Program-made: the position numbers and the translations under genes | Assembly (NCBI GenBank): GCA_045612385.1 | Contig: JAZKYZ010000068.1 | Location: forward strand, 4,429-68,428 | Length of the DNA: 64,000 nt | Reading direction: 5' to 3' | Origin: Eubacteriales bacterium | GTDB lineage: Bacteria; Bacillota; Clostridia; Oscillospirales; CAG-272 | Notes under the pieces: model-generated | What the model was told of the DNA's origin: nothing | The model's input: only the letters and a program-made list of their open reading frames with translations | Databases searched by the model: none | Part shown: positions 1 to 10,315 of the stretch, one piece after another | Position numbering within the stretch: the first letter of the stretch is position 1 | How the letters are laid out: each line of letters starts with the position of its first letter

Positions 1-650
1 ACGTAAGTGGAGAAATGATTAAGATTCTCGGCACCGATGCGCAAGGAACTAAGATTGTTACCTGTCATATTGGTAACGGCTCGTCCATTAGCGCAGTCAA
101 AGACGGAAAATGCTTTGATACATCTATGGGCTTTACCCCTCTGGATGGTGTATTGATGGGAACGCGCTGTGGCGCGATTGATCCCGCTATCGTTCCTTTC
201 ATTATGGAGAAGAAGGGTTATACTCCACAGCAGATGGACAATTATATGAACAAGCAATGTGGTTTTGCAGGAATTAGTGGCGTTGGTTCCGATTCGCGCG
301 ACGTTGAGCGTGCAATGAATGAAGGCAACGAAAGAGCAAAACTTGCTTATGATATGCTTTGTTATCAGATTAAGAGATATATCGGAGCATATAGTGCGGC
401 AATGGGTGGCATTGATGCGATTGTATTTACGGCTGGTATCGGAGAACACGCACCTTATATTCGCGAGCACGCACTTGAAGGTCTTGAATATCTTGGAGTT
501 GAACTTGACACTGAACGTAATACCTTTGGTCATTCTTCGACCCCTGTACAGCTTTCTACGGACAATTCCCGTGTTAAAGTTTATATGATTCCTACCAATG
601 AAGAACTCGTTATCGCACGCGATACAGAGGAAATCGTTTCCTGTCTTTAA
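1..650 (+). CDS. ackA: acetate kinase, C-terminal part (5' end lies outside the window)
   Basis: Frame is open to the window edge. Motifs HIGNGSSI, GTRCGAIDP, FTAGIGE and the C-terminal IPTNEELVIARDT are typical of the acetate/propionate kinase family. Confidence 0.85.
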   Translation, partial: VSGEMIKILGTDAQGTKIVTCHIGNGSSISAVKDGKCFDTSMGFTPLDGVLMGTRCGAIDPAIVPFIMEKKGYTPQQMDNYMNKQCGFAGISGVGSDSRDVERAMNEGNERAKLAYDMLCYQIKRYIGAYSAAMGGIDAIVFTAGIGEHAPYIREHALEGLEYLGVELDTERNTFGHSSTPVQLSTDNSRVKVYMIPTNEELVIARDTEEIVSCL

Positions 651-660
651 GCAATTATAA

Positions 661-694
661 ATGTCTGCAAACTTTGGTTTGCAGACATTTTTTG
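661..694 (+). terminator. rho-independent terminator after ackA
   Basis: Perfect 12-bp stem atgtctgcaaac/gtttgcagacat with a 4-nt loop, followed by a T-run. Confidence 0.7.
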
Positions 695-729
695 TCTATC
701 AATTATTCTATCACATAATTAACAAAATG

Positions 730-1716
730 TCAAGAAATAGAAAGAAGAACTTTTGTTTTTTCTCGTAAAGATTCAAAGATATCGTTTAATACGTTAAAAT
801 TAAGAGCGTCTATATAATATTTTTCCATTTCAAAGTGAGACTTTGCGGCAGATGCGAAATGTGATTTTGCAATTTCCAACGCTTCTTTGTATATAGAGAG
901 CAGAGACGTTTCAATTTCGCGTTCCTCGCTGAAGGAAAGCGTAAGGTCGAGGAAGGGAATTTCAATTCTGTCGACATCTCCAGTAAAACAATTTAGGATA
1001 ATGTTTGAGGATATTTTCTCGTTCTTTATGTTATCACACAAAAGCTGGGAAACACGCGAATTTTTGTTAAAATAAAGAGTATCAAAGTGCTGTTTTTTGC
1101 TATGGTCAATTTCAAAAAAACCGTCTTTTCCAAAAGATGTATAAAGCAATTTTTGTATGCCATCGCGTGGGAGATATGGTAATTTTTCAAGGATGTATAA
1201 CAGGTTATTTTTTTCCTTATTGTTATCGAGAATATACGAAACTGCCGAATAATTTCTGTCAATTTCTCCACATACAAGCAGAAAATGATAAGCAAGTTGA
1301 TATTCGTTCTTTTTCTTTCGGTACAGATTTTCAAGTTGAGTACGGTGTGTGATAATTTTATCTTCCTCTATGGCTCTCTCAAGGTTTATAATCTCTTCAC
1401 ACACGACAGGTAAGGTAGGATCGGTTAAGTGTGGTGAGGTTCCATCTAAAAAGGCAATTTTCCTTCCATTCTTTTTGATTATTAAACCATCATAGGATTC
1501 TTTATCTGAGGAGCAAAGTATACAATCAATTTCCTCAGATTCGTCGGAAAAGGCAACTTCGAGTTTTTTCATTAGTGTGCTTTTTCCTGTGCCGGGACCT
1601 CCTTTTAATATGAAAATTTTGTTGAATTTTTCTGGTGAAAAAACGTGATTAAAATAACTTGTAAAACCGTCGAACCCATTTCTTGATGCAAAATATTTTG
1701 TGGATTTTGCTTGCAT
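730..1716 (-). CDS. P-loop NTPase of unknown function
   Basis: 328-aa ORF with Walker A LKGGPGTGKST near the N-terminus. No other domain recognised by eye. Confidence 0.6.
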   Translation of the reverse strand: MQAKSTKYFASRNGFDGFTSYFNHVFSPEKFNKIFILKGGPGTGKSTLMKKLEVAFSDESEEIDCILCSSDKESYDGLIIKKNGRKIAFLDGTSPHLTDPTLPVVCEEIINLERAIEEDKIITHRTQLENLYRKKKNEYQLAYHFLLVCGEIDRNYSAVSYILDNNKEKNNLLYILEKLPYLPRDGIQKLLYTSFGKDGFFEIDHSKKQHFDTLYFNKNSRVSQLLCDNIKNEKISSNIILNCFTGDVDRIEIPFLDLTLSFSEEREIETSLLSIYKEALEIAKSHFASAAKSHFEMEKYYIDALNFNVLNDIFESLREKTKVLLSIS

Positions 1717-1772
1717 ATACTCCTCCTGGTGTGTGGATTATTGTTTTTTGCCTTTGGATATTGTTTTTCCCC

Positions 1773-1802
1773 TTGACAATTTGATTCTAAATATAGTATA
1801 AT
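1773..1802 (+). promoter_or_regulatory. sigma-A type promoter upstream of coaE
   Basis: TTGACA, 18-nt spacer, TATAAT. An AGGAGG RBS lies 6 nt before the ATG at 1831. Confidence 0.5.
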
Positions 1803-1830
1803 AAAATAGTTATAAATAGGAGGTGATTGG

Positions 1831-2442
1831 ATGGTTGTGATTGGCCTATGTGGTGGTACAGGTAGTGGAAAAAGCACGGTGGCAACTATCTTTCAAACCT
1901 ATGGCGTTGAAATTTTAGATGCAGATGCCATTTATCGTGAAATTACTTCTTATATGAGTGATTGCCTAATTGCTCTTCGTGATGCTTTTGGAGATGAGAT
2001 TGTTCTTAACGATTCTTTGAATCGTAGCGTATTACGTTCGTTGGTTTTTGAAGGTAAGAATGCAGTTTATAATCGTAATCTTCTGAATTCAATTTCTCAC
2101 AAGTATGTTAAAGAGGAGATGATGGCGCGTATTTCCTCTTTAGAGAAGCAAGGGAAATCGACTGTATTGTTAGATGTACCACTGTTATTTGAATCTAACA
2201 TTGATAAAATATGCGATTTTCTCGTTTGTGTGACAGCTCCATTAGAAATGAGAATTGATAGATTGTTGCTTCGTGATAAAATCACAAGAGAAAAAGCAAT
2301 TTCGAGAATTGATGCTCAACTTTCAGACGAATTTTTGATTTCGCACACACACTTTCATATTTTGAACGATAAATCACTTTCTGATACAGAAAATCAGGTT
2401 GAAGAAATTATAAATAAAATAAGATATAAGGTAGGTACTTAA
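1831..2442 (+). CDS. coaE: dephospho-CoA kinase
   Basis: 203 aa. N-terminal IGLCGGTGSGKST P-loop and a size typical of CoaE. Confidence 0.85.
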   Translation: MVVIGLCGGTGSGKSTVATIFQTYGVEILDADAIYREITSYMSDCLIALRDAFGDEIVLNDSLNRSVLRSLVFEGKNAVYNRNLLNSISHKYVKEEMMARISSLEKQGKSTVLLDVPLLFESNIDKICDFLVCVTAPLEMRIDRLLLRDKITREKAISRIDAQLSDEFLISHTHFHILNDKSLSDTENQVEEIINKIRYKVGT

Positions 2443-2443
2443 A

Positions 2444-3844
2444 ATGGCTGAAAAATCTAAAGGTCAAGAACTTCTTGAAACTCTTACTTACAAGAAGAAG
2501 AACATTTTTGAAGAGGCATCTCCTGAAAAGGTAAAAGCAATTTTTGATTATTGCGAAGGCTACAAAGCGTTTTTGGATAACGCAAAGACGGAAAGAGAAG
2601 CCGTTGAGTATACCATTCAGCTTGCAGAGAAAAACGGATATACGGAATATCATATTGGTGACCCCATCAAGGTTGGTGATAAGAGATATTTCAATAACAT
2701 AGGTAAATCTATCATTTTGTTCCGCATTGGAGAAGATGATATTGAGAAGGAAGGTGTACGTATCCTTGCCTCTCACATTGACAGCCCTCGTCTGGATGTA
2801 AAACAGGTGCCTATGTACGAGGATAGCAATATGGCGTTTTTAAAGACGCACTATTATGGTGGTATCAAAAAATATCAATGGACGGCAATTCCTCTGGCTT
2901 TACACGGTGTTATGGTTAAGGCGAATGGCGAGGTTGTCAAGGTTACCATTGGCGAGGATCCTGCAGATCCTGTATTCTATATTAACGACCTTCTTCCTCA
3001 CCTTGCACAAAGACAGTCCCAAGAGCCTCTTGGTTCTGCAATCGCTGGTGAGTCTTTGAACATTCTTATTGGTGGTTTGCCCTATGATGATCCTGAAATC
3101 TCCGAGAAAATCAAGTTAACTGCACTTTCTCTTTTGAATGATAAGTATGGCGTAACCGAAGAGGATTTCTTAAGCGCAGAGCTTTCTCTTGTGCCAGCAT
3201 ATCCTGCTCGCGATATTGGCTTTGACAGAGCACTTCTTGCTTCTTATGGTCATGACGATAGAGTATGCTCCTATCCTGCTGCAACGGCTCTCTTTGATAC
3301 TATGAGCAACAATAAAACCATTATGGTCATCCTGGCTGATAAAGAAGAAATTGGTTCTGTTGGAGTTTCTGGTATGCAGTGTGACATTTTTGTTGATATC
3401 TTGAATGAAATCAGCGTAAATCTTGGTAAAAATCCTGCTGCTGTTCGTATTGCATCCAAGTGCTTAAGCGCTGACGTTAATGCTGCCTACGACCCCAACT
3501 TCCCTGAGGTCTACGAGAAGAGAAACAGCGCTATGCTTTCTATGGGTACCTGTATGAGCAAATTTACCGGAGCGAGAGGAAAGAGTGGCTCTTCTGACGC
3601 TTCTGCTGAATTTGTTGGTTTTGTACGCAACCTGTTTAATGAGAATGGCGTAATTTGGCAGACAGCCGAGCTTGGTAAAGTGGACTGTGGCGGTGGTGGA
3701 ACCGTTGCTGCATATATTGCAAATCACGGTATCGAAACTGTGGACATTGGCGTTCCGGTCATTTCGATGCACGCTCCTTACGAGGTTGTTTCTAAAGCAG
3801 ATGTTTATTCTACTTATGAAGCATTTCTCGCTTTCTGCAAGTAA
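2444..3844 (+). CDS. M18-family aminopeptidase
   Basis: 466 aa. Motifs ILASHIDSPRLD, GHDDRVCSY, DKEEIGS and ISMHAPYE resemble the aspartyl/M18 aminopeptidase family. Confidence 0.75.
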   Translation: MAEKSKGQELLETLTYKKKNIFEEASPEKVKAIFDYCEGYKAFLDNAKTEREAVEYTIQLAEKNGYTEYHIGDPIKVGDKRYFNNIGKSIILFRIGEDDIEKEGVRILASHIDSPRLDVKQVPMYEDSNMAFLKTHYYGGIKKYQWTAIPLALHGVMVKANGEVVKVTIGEDPADPVFYINDLLPHLAQRQSQEPLGSAIAGESLNILIGGLPYDDPEISEKIKLTALSLLNDKYGVTEEDFLSAELSLVPAYPARDIGFDRALLASYGHDDRVCSYPAATALFDTMSNNKTIMVILADKEEIGSVGVSGMQCDIFVDILNEISVNLGKNPAAVRIASKCLSADVNAAYDPNFPEVYEKRNSAMLSMGTCMSKFTGARGKSGSSDASAEFVGFVRNLFNENGVIWQTAELGKVDCGGGGTVAAYIANHGIETVDIGVPVISMHAPYEVVSKADVYSTYEAFLAFCK

Positions 3845-3846
3845 TA

Positions 3847-4926
3847 ATGCTGGATAAACTCATAAGCGTAGAACGAAGATATGTCGAGATAGAACGAATG
3901 CTAACCATGCCTGATGTTGCAAGAGATGCTGAAAAATTTCGCTCTCTGATGAAAGAGTATCGGGCAAAGGAAGAAATCGTTATCAAATATCGAGAATATA
4001 TCGGCTTACAAAAGGGAATGGAAGAGGCATTTCAGATGTCGTCGGACGCTGAACTTGACGCCGATCTCCGTTCCCTTGCGGAAGAAGAATACTATGCACT
4101 CAAGGCAGATTTGGCGAGAGTGGAAGAAGAATTAAAAGTTCTTTTAATCCCTCGCGATCCAAATGATGATCGAAATGTGGTTGTCGAAATTCGACAAGGA
4201 ACCGGCGGAGAAGAGGCGGCTCTTTTTGCTGCTGACATTTTTCGTATGTATTCTATGTATGCACAAAAGAAGGGCTTTACCGTGCATATTATGCAGGCGA
4301 ACGAAACCGAGCTTGGTGGATATAAGGAAATCACCTTCATTATTAAGGGCGAAGGCGCATATTCACGTTTCAAATTTGAAAGTGGAACACACCGTGTGCA
4401 ACGTATTCCTGTAACCGAATCGAATGGTAGAATTCAGACCTCTGCGATCACTGTTGCCGTTTTGCCTGAAGTAGAGGCAGTTGAGGTTGAAATTTTACCT
4501 CAGGATATACACTTTGAATCTTGTAAATCCAGTGGTGCCGGTGGTCAGCATATCAATAAAACGGAAAGCGCAGTTCGACTTACACATAAACCTACAGGAA
4601 TTGTTGTAGAATGTGATAGCGAGCGTAGCCAGTTGCAAAACAAGGAACAAGCGCTTGCGATTCTTCGCGCTAAATTATATGATATAAAACAGCGTGAGCA
4701 GGATGAACGAATCGCCAAAGAACGCAAGAGTCAGGTTGGTTCAGGCGATAGAAGCGAAAAGATACGCACATATAATTATCCACAATCACGTGTGACAGAT
4801 CATAGAATTAACAAAACAATATATTCGTTAGATGAATTTTTAAATGGTGACATTGATTGTATCGTCACCGAATTGATTGCAGTGGACACTGCTGAAAGAC
4901 TAAGGAGTGAGAGCGATGGAAACTGA
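3847..4926 (+). CDS. prfA: peptide chain release factor 1
   Basis: 359 aa. GGQ motif (SGAGGQHINKTESAV) and a PVT tripeptide (RIPVTES), which is characteristic of RF1. Confidence 0.95.
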   Translation: MLDKLISVERRYVEIERMLTMPDVARDAEKFRSLMKEYRAKEEIVIKYREYIGLQKGMEEAFQMSSDAELDADLRSLAEEEYYALKADLARVEEELKVLLIPRDPNDDRNVVVEIRQGTGGEEAALFAADIFRMYSMYAQKKGFTVHIMQANETELGGYKEITFIIKGEGAYSRFKFESGTHRVQRIPVTESNGRIQTSAITVAVLPEVEAVEVEILPQDIHFESCKSSGAGGQHINKTESAVRLTHKPTGIVVECDSERSQLQNKEQALAILRAKLYDIKQREQDERIAKERKSQVGSGDRSEKIRTYNYPQSRVTDHRINKTIYSLDEFLNGDIDCIVTELIAVDTAERLRSESDGN

Positions 4927-5965
4927 GATTCTTTCCGTACTGAATGAAGAAAATGTTTCTTTTGCTATATCACGTGCTCGTGATGTCATTTTACGTGGTG
5001 GCTTAGTTGTTTTTCCAACAGAGACGGTTTACGGACTTGGTGCTGATGCAACCAATATGTATGCAGCAGAAAGAATTTATCGTGCAAAAGAGCGTCCGTC
5101 GGATAATCCCTTGATTATCCACATTGCAACGCCTGAGGAGGCAGAGAAGTATACTTACACATCCGAAACGTACTATGCCTTGGCGCGTGCTTTTATGCCT
5201 GGTCCTTTGACCGTTATCCTTCCAGCCAAAGACACCATCCCACTGACAACAAGGGGTGGTCTTGATACCGTAGCTGTTCGCTGTCCATCAAATAAAATTG
5301 CTCGAGCATTGATTTCAGCATGTAATGTGCCAATCGCAGCTCCGTCAGCGAATCTTTCCGGTTCGCCCTCGCCGACTGTAATTAAGCACGTTATTGATGA
5401 TATGAATGGTCGGTGCGATCTGATTATAGACGGTGGGGACTGCGAATTCGGTTTAGAAAGCACAATTGTACAAATTTTGCCTGACGACACCCTTCAGATT
5501 TTGCGACCTGGCAAAATTACGCCAGACGATCTTCGCAAGGTTTGTCACAAGGTTTCTATCGCAAAAGCCGTTACCGAAGGACTTGGTGAAAATGAAGTTG
5601 TTTTGTCGCCTGGGATGAAATATCGTCACTATGCGCCATCAGCGCCAATGATTCTCTTAGATGGTGATACATCGAAGATCATACAACACATTCGCTTGAA
5701 CGGTAAGGGACGTGTCGCAATTATAGCCTATCGCGACGAAATCCATTTGTATCGTCAAACTTTACCAGATGCCGTTCTATATGATTTTGGAAAAGAAGGC
5801 GATGAAATTGAACAGGCGCACAGCCTTTACTACATTTTGCGCGAAGCAGATAAGGAAAACTATGACATTATCTATGCACCAATGCCTAAAAAGGATGGTA
5901 TTGGTCTTGCATTATATAATCGTATGATTCGAGCTGCAGCATATCAGATGATACACTTAAAATAA
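4916..5965 (+). CDS. tsaC: L-threonylcarbamoyladenylate synthase, long Sua5/YwlC form
   Basis: Has the YrdC-like motif FPTETVYGLGADA plus a C-terminal Sua5-type extension. The ATG at 4916 has an AGGAG about 10 nt upstream and overlaps the prfA stop; a GTG at 4907 is an alternative start. Confidence 0.85.
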   Translation: METEILSVLNEENVSFAISRARDVILRGGLVVFPTETVYGLGADATNMYAAERIYRAKERPSDNPLIIHIATPEEAEKYTYTSETYYALARAFMPGPLTVILPAKDTIPLTTRGGLDTVAVRCPSNKIARALISACNVPIAAPSANLSGSPSPTVIKHVIDDMNGRCDLIIDGGDCEFGLESTIVQILPDDTLQILRPGKITPDDLRKVCHKVSIAKAVTEGLGENEVVLSPGMKYRHYAPSAPMILLDGDTSKIIQHIRLNGKGRVAIIAYRDEIHLYRQTLPDAVLYDFGKEGDEIEQAHSLYYILREADKENYDIIYAPMPKKDGIGLALYNRMIRAAAYQMIHLK

Positions 5966-6007
5966 AAGATGATAAATCCCCGCGACTTTGGGAAAAGAGG
6001 ATTATAA

Positions 6008-8233
6008 ATGGCGAAAAAGAAAATAGTTCCACAAAATCCAAAAGAAAACGAATCCACCCCGATGATTCAACCTATTACGGAAATTCTTGAGAAGAATTAT
6101 ATGCCGTATGCAATGAGTGTCATTATTTCACGTGCTTTGCCTGAGATAGATGGCTTTAAACCTTCTCATAGAAAACTTCTTTATACTATGTATAATTTGG
6201 GATTGATGTCAGGGGCGAAAATGAAAAGCGCTAAAATTGTTGGCGCAACAATGAGCCTGAACCCTCACGGCGACTCTTCTATTTATGAGACTATGGTTCG
6301 TTTAACACGAGGACACGAGGCGCTTCTGCATCCTTTCATTGATAGCAAGGGAAACTTTGGTAAGCACTATTCAAGAGATATGGCATACGCTGCTTCACGT
6401 TACACGGAAGCAAAACTTGAGCCATTCTGCCAAGAAATATTCTCGGGAATTGATAAAGAAGCTGTTGATTTTGTTCCAAACTATGACAACTCTACAACCG
6501 AGCCAACGCTGTTTCCGACGACGTTTCCCAATATTCTGATTTCCCCTAATCTTGGAATTGCAGTCGGTATGGCTTGTTCCATTTGCTCTTTTAATCTTGC
6601 TGAAATTTGCGACGGAACCATCGCTCTTTTAAAAAATCCAAAGACTACAATCGACCGATTGCTTGACATTATTAAAGGACCAGATTTTTCTACAGGCGCC
6701 GAAATTCTTTATGATAGAGAAAAAATGCAGCGTATTTTTGAGTTTGGTACAGGCTCAATTAAAATGCGCGCATCTTACTTCATTGATCGAAAAGAGCATC
6801 GCATTGATATTATTGAAATTCCATATTCTGCGTCTATTGAAGCAATTATCAATAAGACTCGTGATATGATAAAATCTGGTAAATTAAAAGAAGTCACGGA
6901 CGTGAGAGATAGTGTGGATCTTTCAAGTTCTCGTTTGATTGTTCTGGATTACAAGAAAGATGCAGATCCGGATTTGATTATGACAAAGTTGTTTTCAGCA
7001 ACGGAGCTTGAAACTACATTTGACTGTAATTTCAATATTTTGATTAACGGATCCCCAAGAACACTGGGTGTAAGGGATATCCTTATTGAGTGGATTGAGT
7101 TTAGAAAACAGTGTTATAGTCGTGAGTTGGCTTTTGACTTGAAGAAAAAAGAGGACAAGCTTGATCTCTTAAAGGGTCTTGCCAAAATTCTTGTTGATAT
7201 TGACAAGGCGATTCGCATTATTCGTACAACAGAAAAAGAGTGTGATGTCGTACCCAATCTTTCGCAAGCATTTTCTCTTTCCGAGCGTCAAGCCGAATAT
7301 GTCGCAGACATAAAACTTCGTCATATCAATCGTGAGTATATTATCAATCGTGTCAAAGAGATTGAACAGTTAGAAGAAGATATCCGTGACATTAAGGAGA
7401 CGCTTCGAGATGAAATCAAACTGAAATCCATACTGATCTCTCAGCTTCAACAAATTAAGAAAAAATATGGAAAACCAAGAAAAACAAAAATTGTTGAACT
7501 GGAAGAGGTAGCAAGAGTTCCCGTTGATAAAACATTGTTTATAGATCAGTATATATGCCGTTTGGTTCTGACTCGTGGTGGCTATTTTAAGAAGCTTTCT
7601 TTGCAGGCCGCGAGAAATGCTGACGAACATAGACTTAAAGAGGGCGACTACATCATATACGAGGAAGATGCCTCTAACCTTGATTTTGTTCTTTTCTTCA
7701 CGGATAAGGGACAAATCTATCGCGAGGATATTCACACCTTTGATCTTTGCAAGGCCTCGCAAATGGGTGACTATATACCAGCTAAGTTGTCTATGGATGA
7801 TGACGAGCACGTTATCGCGTGTAAGATGTTCCACGAAATCAATCCAGAGGATAAGATGGTGTATATCTTTGAGAATGGAAAGGGCGTCAAGATACCTATG
7901 TCCGCCTATATTACAAAGAGTAAACGTAGAAAACTTACAAACGCATTTTCTACCGAATCGCTTCCTGTTGGCGCATTTTATGAAAGCAAAAATCCAATAC
8001 AGATTTTCATTCGTACAGACAATCACAAGGGTATGCTCATTAAAAGCAATTTGATTATAGAAAAATCAACCAGGACCTCCTCAGGAAAGCAGATCTTCCA
8101 GCTTGCTCGAAAAGCGAAGGTGGAAATGGCAACCGATTTAATCGACCGACTTGGTGAAGATGCACTTCAATGTCGCAAGCTTGCTTTGCCCAGTACGGGA
8201 GTGAACATTTCTAAAATGAAGTTTAATTTCTAA
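6008..8233 (+). CDS. type IIA DNA topoisomerase subunit A (GyrA/ParC family)
   Basis: 741 aa. Motifs DGFKPSHRKLLY, NPHGDSSIYE and the active-site context AASRYTEAKL (catalytic Tyr) are present. No subunit B gene lies within the window. Confidence 0.85.
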   Translation: MAKKKIVPQNPKENESTPMIQPITEILEKNYMPYAMSVIISRALPEIDGFKPSHRKLLYTMYNLGLMSGAKMKSAKIVGATMSLNPHGDSSIYETMVRLTRGHEALLHPFIDSKGNFGKHYSRDMAYAASRYTEAKLEPFCQEIFSGIDKEAVDFVPNYDNSTTEPTLFPTTFPNILISPNLGIAVGMACSICSFNLAEICDGTIALLKNPKTTIDRLLDIIKGPDFSTGAEILYDREKMQRIFEFGTGSIKMRASYFIDRKEHRIDIIEIPYSASIEAIINKTRDMIKSGKLKEVTDVRDSVDLSSSRLIVLDYKKDADPDLIMTKLFSATELETTFDCNFNILINGSPRTLGVRDILIEWIEFRKQCYSRELAFDLKKKEDKLDLLKGLAKILVDIDKAIRIIRTTEKECDVVPNLSQAFSLSERQAEYVADIKLRHINREYIINRVKEIEQLEEDIRDIKETLRDEIKLKSILISQLQQIKKKYGKPRKTKIVELEEVARVPVDKTLFIDQYICRLVLTRGGYFKKLSLQAARNADEHRLKEGDYIIYEEDASNLDFVLFFTDKGQIYREDIHTFDLCKASQMGDYIPAKLSMDDDEHVIACKMFHEINPEDKMVYIFENGKGVKIPMSAYITKSKRRKLTNAFSTESLPVGAFYESKNPIQIFIRTDNHKGMLIKSNLIIEKSTRTSSGKQIFQLARKAKVEMATDLIDRLGEDALQCRKLALPSTGVNISKMKFNF

Positions 8234-8236
8234 ATT

Positions 8237-8273
8237 GAAAAAGACTGTCTAACGTATAGACAGTCTTTTTTTT
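8237..8273. terminator. bidirectional terminator between the topoisomerase gene and the response regulator
   Basis: 11-bp stem aagactgtcta/tagacagtctt flanked by an A-run and a T-run. Confidence 0.7.
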
Positions 8274-8282
8274 ATGTGCAAA

Positions 8283-8978
8283 TTACATATCTGCTGTGGC
8301 ATCAAATTTATAACCGACGCCCCAAACAGTTTTGAGAGCCCACTTGTCAGAAACACCCTCCAATTTTTCACGAAGACGTTTCACGTGTACGTCGACGGTA
8401 CGGGAGTCTCCCAAATAATCGAAGCCCCATACCTTATCCAAAAGCTGATCGCGTGTGAAAACACGATTGCAGTTTGATGCAAGAAAATAAAGAAGTTCAA
8501 GTTCCTTTGGAGGAATATCAATAGCCTTACCATTGAGTTTTAACTCATATTTCTGAAGGGAAATCTCAATATGCTCAAATTTAACAACCTCCTCATCAGC
8601 ATTTTTGCTATGCGCATTGTAGCGACGAAGAACAGCCTTGATTCTTGCAGAAATTTCTTTCATTTCAAACGGTTTTACAATAAAATCGTCTGCGCCGAGT
8701 TCAAGGCCGAGAACCTTATCAAATACCTCGTTCTTTGCAGTTACCATAATGACGGGCTTAGAAGAAATTTCACGAATTTCACGACAAACCTGCCAGCCGT
8801 CTTTTTTAGGCATCATAATGTCAAGAAGAACAAGGTCAGGTTCAAAAACCTTAAACGCATTCAGCGCGTCAATGCCATCAGCAGCAGTTTTTACTCTATA
8901 GCCTTCATTTTCAAGATAAATGCGTAACATTTCGCAGATATTAGGGTCATCATCAACCACCAGCAACTTAATATCCAT
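8283..8978 (-). CDS. OmpR/PhoB-family response regulator
   Basis: 231 aa. Receiver domain (LLVVDDD, LVLLDIMMP, VTAK) plus a winged-helix C-terminus (RTVDVHVKRLREKL, WGVGYKF). Confidence 0.85.
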   Translation of the reverse strand: MDIKLLVVDDDPNICEMLRIYLENEGYRVKTAADGIDALNAFKVFEPDLVLLDIMMPKKDGWQVCREIREISSKPVIMVTAKNEVFDKVLGLELGADDFIVKPFEMKEISARIKAVLRRYNAHSKNADEEVVKFEHIEISLQKYELKLNGKAIDIPPKELELLYFLASNCNRVFTRDQLLDKVWGFDYLGDSRTVDVHVKRLREKLEGVSDKWALKTVWGVGYKFDATADM

Positions 8979-9210
8979 TTTGTACCTCCTAAATTGTTAA
9001 CTTTGTTAAATTTTCTTTTAAGTTCATAATTATTATAACTGAAACTTAAAAAAAAGTCAATAGCTAACAGAAAACAAAATGTATTTAATATTAAATTTCT
9101 TGTGAACAAAATATATCCTTTTAATCAAACTTTTTTTGAAAAAGGTCTTGCGAAACAGATGAAAATATGATATGATATATAAGATAAATACGTACTGAAA
9201 GGTAAAGAAA

Positions 9211-10305
9211 ATGAAACTTGGAATCGTTGGACTTCCCAATGTTGGAAAGAGCACACTTTTTAACGCTCTTACAAATGCAGGTGCCGAGTCGGCAAACTAT
9301 CCTTTTTGCACAATAGATCCTAATGTTGGCATTGTGTCTGTTCCTGACTCACGTTTGGATGCTTTAGCGCAGATGTACAAGCCTGAAAAATTTACGCCCG
9401 CAGTCATTGAATTTGTAGATATTGCTGGACTTGTTAAGGGAGCATCTCAGGGTGAGGGACTTGGCAATAAGTTTTTGGCAAATATACGTGAGGTAGATGC
9501 AATTGTTCACGTAGTGCGTTGCTTTGAAAACAGTGATATTGTACACGTAGATGGTTCTGTGGATTCTCTGCGAGATGTAGAAACAATTAACCTTGAGTTG
9601 ATACTGTCCGACCTTGAAATTGTTGAACGTGCGATCGAGAGAACAACGAAAGCAGCAAGAGCAGATAAAAAACTTTTGGAAAAATTGGATGTTTTAAACA
9701 AGATTAAAACGGTTTTGGAAGAGGGTAAATGCGCGCGTACACTTGATTTGTCCCCTGAGGAGCTGGAGTGGATTGATGAGTCACGCCTTCTTACATTGAA
9801 GCCTATTATCTATGTCGCAAACATTAGTGAGGATGAAGTTTCTGGCGCTTACGAAGGCAATCCGGAATATCAAAAACTTGCGAAACTTGCAAGCGAAGAA
9901 GGAAGCGAAATTATCGCTGTTAGCGCGCAGATCGAGGCTGAACTTGCCGAGCTTGAAGGTGAGGAAAAAATGGTATTTCTTGCAGATCTTGGTATTGAAG
10001 AGAGTGGTTTGGATAAATTGATTAAATCTTCCTATCATCTTCTTGGTTTGATTAGTTTCCTGACTGCTGGCGTCAAAGAAGTTCGCGCTTGGACAATTCG
10101 TCGTGGCACAAAGGCGCCACAAGCGGCTGGTAAAATCCATACGGATTTTGAACGTGGCTTCATTCGTGCTGAGGTGGTTGCATTTGAGGACTTGATGCGC
10201 GAAGGAGATCGCAATAAAGTGAAGGAAAAGGGTTTGCTTCGTTCAGAAGGTAAAGAGTATGTAATGAAAGATGGCGACATCGTGGAATTCCTTTTCAATG
10301 TTTAA
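9211..10305 (+). CDS. ychF: redox-regulated ATPase YchF
   Basis: 364 aa. MKLGIVGLPNVGKSTLFNALT, the TGS-like C-terminus and the ending DGDIVEFLFNV match YchF. Confidence 0.95.
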   Translation: MKLGIVGLPNVGKSTLFNALTNAGAESANYPFCTIDPNVGIVSVPDSRLDALAQMYKPEKFTPAVIEFVDIAGLVKGASQGEGLGNKFLANIREVDAIVHVVRCFENSDIVHVDGSVDSLRDVETINLELILSDLEIVERAIERTTKAARADKKLLEKLDVLNKIKTVLEEGKCARTLDLSPEELEWIDESRLLTLKPIIYVANISEDEVSGAYEGNPEYQKLAKLASEEGSEIIAVSAQIEAELAELEGEEKMVFLADLGIEESGLDKLIKSSYHLLGLISFLTAGVKEVRAWTIRRGTKAPQAAGKIHTDFERGFIRAEVVAFEDLMREGDRNKVKEKGLLRSEGKEYVMKDGDIVEFLFNV

Positions 10306-10315
10306 TCCTAATCAA

